A DNA stretch of 64,000 nt. Source: Ranitomeya imitator. Taxonomy: Eukaryota. Location: assembly GCF_032444005.1 (NCBI RefSeq), contig NC_091283.1, positions 341,062,001 through 341,126,000 on the forward strand, in the 5' to 3' direction. Below are positions 60,247 through 64,000 of the stretch, piece after piece (the first letter of the stretch is position 1; each line of letters begins with the position of its first letter). The position numbers and the translations under genes were made by a program. The notes below the pieces were generated by a model. That model was given only the letters and a program-made list of their open reading frames with translations, was not told the DNA's origin and ran no database searches.

Positions 60247-62378
60247 TATATTGATGTATTTTTTACCAAAAGCCCCACCAGGTCCATCTCTATTCACTCA
60301 AATGGCACTTCAATGATGGGCAACGGTACCAGACGACTGCAGAAGTGGGCTACTGGGGAGGTCAGATGGCACGTGGGACAGGAACGACAATAGTTCAAAA
60401 TTTCTTTGTAACACCGAGGCCAGTAGAATCTCTGCAAAATGGGTTTCTAGGTCTTATCTGGCCCCAGGTGACAACCCAACACATGGGAATGAGCCATGTC
60501 TAACACTCTGCGTCTATAGGGACATGGTACCAATAACTGCTCTACCACCTCACCTCTTCGCTTAGCTACTCTATAAAGCAGATCCCCAATCATAGAAAAA
60601 TTAGGGAACTGATTGTCGACCCGTGGCTCCTGAGGCACACCATTTAATACAGTTACATTTTCAAATGCCCATTTAAGAGTTAGGTCCCTAAGTTGGGCAG
60701 TTCCAAAGTTTCCCCTGGACACATCCAGCTCATTGACGTTGGCCTCAGTGGATGCTGCCTCATCCTCATCACCAACAAGCACACAAAACGGAAACCTGTC
60801 AGCTACAGCCTGCAACGAGATTTCTTTGAGAGCAACCTGGCTGTTTGGACAACCAGACGTCCTCCCTTTTCCCCACCAGTCCCAAAATAACGCAGAGTTC
60901 CTCCCTATTAGAATAGGATGCAATAGGTCCTTGACCACGCCAATCTCATAAGACTCCACAGTTTGTGTTTATGACAACTTGGGACACAGAGTAATCCTTA
61001 GCATCACCACGGATACAGCGGACGCCCACCCTCCTTTCAGGAATCATCCAATGGGGAATCGGGGCCCTCATTAGGGTTACCAAACTCCCCGAGTCCAACA
61101 GACCAGTCATTTGTACCCCGTTTACTGTCATGGGGCATTCCTGCGGTCCCTCGCCTGGTTGAGGGACAGCACTGCAGGCGGGATATGCAAAAATATGAGC
61201 AGCGCCGTCCTATGCTGCAGTCCACTGTGTCAGTGGTCATGGGGCAAAGGGCGGCTATGTGACCTGGGGTATGACACCTCCAACAAATTATACTATTGGA
61301 TGGGGCCTTTGACTCAGATACCTCCTGGGCTCTGGATATCCCACCTTTTGGTATCCGCCCCCCTTTGGGGACCCCAGAATGAGGATGCTCCGACCCCTTG
61401 CTTCCCCAAGGAACTATCGACCGCCTGGTACCTCTCCACCAGGCTCACTAGGTCATTGGCATTATGGGGATCTCCCTGGGCAACCCAGGATTGCACTGGC
61501 TTTGGTAGGGAGTGTATTAACCTGTCCATGACAACCTTCTCCCCCATCTGTGCTGGGGAGGAGGCTTCAGGTTGCAACTATTTTTGGACCAGGTGTAGGA
61601 GGTCAAACTTTTGGGACCAGAAAAGTTTGTCACAATAATAGGCCCACTGATACACCCATTGCGTCCTGACAGTCAGAGTCACTCTTATGCGTGCCAAGAT
61701 CTCAGCCTTTAACTTCACACATTATTTTGCATCCTGCAATGCCAAGTCATGATACGCCTTCTGCGGTTCACCTGTTAAATATGGCGCCGGAACCTCCGCC
61801 CACTGCTCTGGAGGCAATTTGTGCCACTCCGCCACCTTTTCAAACACCGTCATGAAAGCCTCGACGTCATCACCCGGGTCATCTTTTGCAATGCCCTTCT
61901 TACCATCTTCCTCACGTGAGAGTCATCACCTGGATTTGGGGTTGGGGCGATTGCCCTGCCGTGGATCGCCTCAGCTAGGATTTCCATCTGATGGTGCTGC
62001 TGCATCTGCTGCTGTTGCCATGGCTGCTGCTGATGTTGCTGCTGAAGATTAGCCTGCACAAGTTGCATTATCAATTCCTCTATGTTGTCAGATTTCTCTC
62101 ATGCAGCAGCGTTTACGCAGGACATGTGATATCTGTGCAGCAGTCACACTGCCCCATGAGATTTGTGCCCATGCTTCTAGCATCAATTGTAGAGGTTTAC
62201 TCACTCAGGTGCGGTTTGAGGAAGGCACAGGAAACGGTTTCATAAGAAAATGTCCGGTTAGGTTTATTAGAGTCATAAACCCGTTAAAGCACAAGCAAAC
62301 AAGGATAGCCTTCTCCAGCACAAAGTGAAACAAACTGAAAATAACTAGTCCATATAGTACTGTGGGTCTGCTCACTCA

Positions 62379-62787
62379 GTCATTTTGCATTGTGCTCCTG
62401 AGCAGGCATATTTATCTGCCTTGTTGAGGGCAGAGGAAAGTACTCCAGTGCGCAGGAGCTGGGAAATGTCAGAGAGGCCCAGCACCTGTGCACTGCAGGA
62501 CTTTGCTCTACCCTCAACAGGGCACGTAATTACGCCTGCACAGGAGTGCGATCCCAGGAGCCATGAAGCAAGCAGGAGGGTGTCATTGCAAGTAGATGGG
62601 AGGCGCTGAACCAGGACCTGACACACTTAACGGACCAGACCGCACCGCAGGTGAGTATAATAAAACTTTAAAACTTATTTTTCAGGTCAGATCGGGGGCT
62701 TATCTAGAGCATTATATAATGCTGTAGATAAGCCCTGAAAGGTGGTGGCCGTATCTTATATCGGCCAAACTTGGTGATAGGTTCCCT
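62379..62787. mobile_element. Right part of a T2-family MITE related to 4674-5306
   Basis: gttgagggcag...actgcag core, ggggcttatcta...gataagccc, and GGTTCCCT|TTAA terminus; left arm absent. Confidence 0.78.
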
Positions 62788-62998
62788 TTAAATGACGTTT
62801 GGCCACGCCGCAAGGCTCAGGAGTAAGTTGAAATATGTCTTCAGGACATTGCTAGATTGGTTTATGGAAGCCACATTGCTTTTCAAGAGCTTTTGAGCCA
62901 CTAATAATGTGGAAAACTTTGTTTTTCCACTGACAGATGAGGGACCTGAGTGGGGACTTGTTTTTTGTGCGATGAGTAGAAGTTTTTTTTTATATATA

Positions 62999-64000
62999 CA
63001 GTGGGGCAAAAAAGTATTTAGTCAGTCAGCAATAGTGCAAGTTCCACCACTTAAAAAGATGAGAGGCGTCTGTAATTTACATCATAGGTAGACCTCAACT
63101 ATGGGAGACAAACTGAGAAAAAAAAATTCAGAAAATCACATTGTCTGTTTTTTTAACATTTTATTTGCATATTATGGTGGAAAATAAGTATTTGGTCAGA
63201 AACAAAATTTCATCTCAATACTTTGTAATATATCCTTTGTTGGCAATGACAGAGGTCAAACGTTTTCTGTAAGTCTTCACAAGGTTGCCACAAACTGTTG
63301 TTGGTATGTTGGCCCGTTCCTCCATGCAGATCTCCTCTAGAGCAGTGATGTTTTTGGCTTTTCGCTTGGCAACATGGACTTTCATCTCCCTCCAAAGGTT
63401 TTCTATAGGGTTGAGATCTGGAGACTGGCTAGGCCACTCCAGGACCTTGAAATGCTTCTTACGAAGCCACTCCTTCGTTACCCTGGCGGTGTGCTTTGGA
63501 TCATTGTCATGTTTAAAGACCCAGCCACGTTTCATCTTCAATGCCCTTGCTGATGGAAGGAGGTTTGCACTCAAAATCTCACGATACATGGCCCCATTCA
63601 TTCTTTCATGTACCCGGATCAGTCGTCCTGGCCCCTTTGCAGAGAAACAGCCCCAAAGCATGATGTTTCCACCACCATGCTTTACAGTAGGTATGGTGTT
63701 TGATGGATGCAACTCAGTATTCTTTTTCCTCCAAACACGAAAAGTTGTGTTTCTACCAAACAGTTCCAGTTCAGACCATAGGACATTCTCCCAAAACTCC
63801 TCTGGATCATCCAAATGCTCTCTAGCAAACTTCAGACGGGCCCGGACATGTACTGGCTTAAGCAGTGGGACACGTCTGGCACTGCAGGATCTGAGTCCAT
63901 GGTGGCGTAGTGTGTTACTTATGGTAGGCCTTGTTAAATTGGTCCCAGCTCTCTGCAGTTCATTCACTAGGTCCCCCCGCGTGGTTCTGGGATTTTTGCT
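62999..64000 (-). mobile_element. Tc1 family D, copy 2 (runs off the right edge)
   Basis: TA at 62997-98 and the same TIR as 25350; transposase is open but has a 9-nt deletion collapsing WSDETKL to WSEL. Confidence 0.94.

Larger units (their letters stand above)
56083..62378 (-). mobile_element. Gmr1-like Ty3/Gypsy retrotransposon (copy B), decayed
   Basis: 3' LTR 56083-56571 with PPT gagggggtgggta; partial 5' LTR 62188-62378 (about 93% identical by eye). Order on minus: gag/SCAN-like and CWRCHTPGHIAALC knuckle, protease LLDSGS, integrase ([28 protein letters not shown]), RT (LDLPKGY, YLDD), RNase H (DAS..GLGAVLSQ, DHAPL). Confidence 0.92.

Noticed and set aside
62165-62187. Specific tRNA assignment for the Gmr1 copy B primer-binding site
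   Set aside because: The sequence (tgatgctagaagcatgggca on minus) is too degenerate to name a tRNA.
1-64000. rRNA, tRNA, snRNA or prokaryotic operon/defence systems
   Set aside because: No such signatures seen; all long ORFs are explained by TEs, tandem repeats or the two ZNF genes.

Overview
Vertebrate DNA, almost certainly from a frog (inferred from the TE families and ZNF architecture). It is an intergenic/intronic stretch of a tandem C2H2 zinc-finger gene cluster packed with nested transposable elements. Host genes, both on +: (1) the terminal zinc-finger exon of one gene (3318-4237, 7 intact fingers, cut short by a nonsense change); (2) five N-terminal FAX/KRAB-like coding exons of the next paralogue (53460-54831), whose finger exon should lie just past the right edge. 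Mobile elements: two decayed Gmr1-like Ty3/Gypsy elements with SCAN-like gag (PR-IN-RT-RH order visible in one), each antisense in the last intron of a ZNF gene; a DIRS1 element with ITRs and ICR; a full-length CR1 with intact ORF2; two Penelope-like remnants, one with a recognisable hammerhead ribozyme relic; at least six Tc1-type lineages, including one intact 340-aa DD34E transposase and a DD37E copy; two Helitron derivatives; T2 (Kolobok-type) and pogo-like MITEs; six solo LTRs with intact TSDs; several minisatellites. Three N-runs fall at Tc1 termini. No rRNA, tRNA or CRISPR was found. All calls come from reading the sequence by eye; no database search was run, and percent identities are manual estimates.
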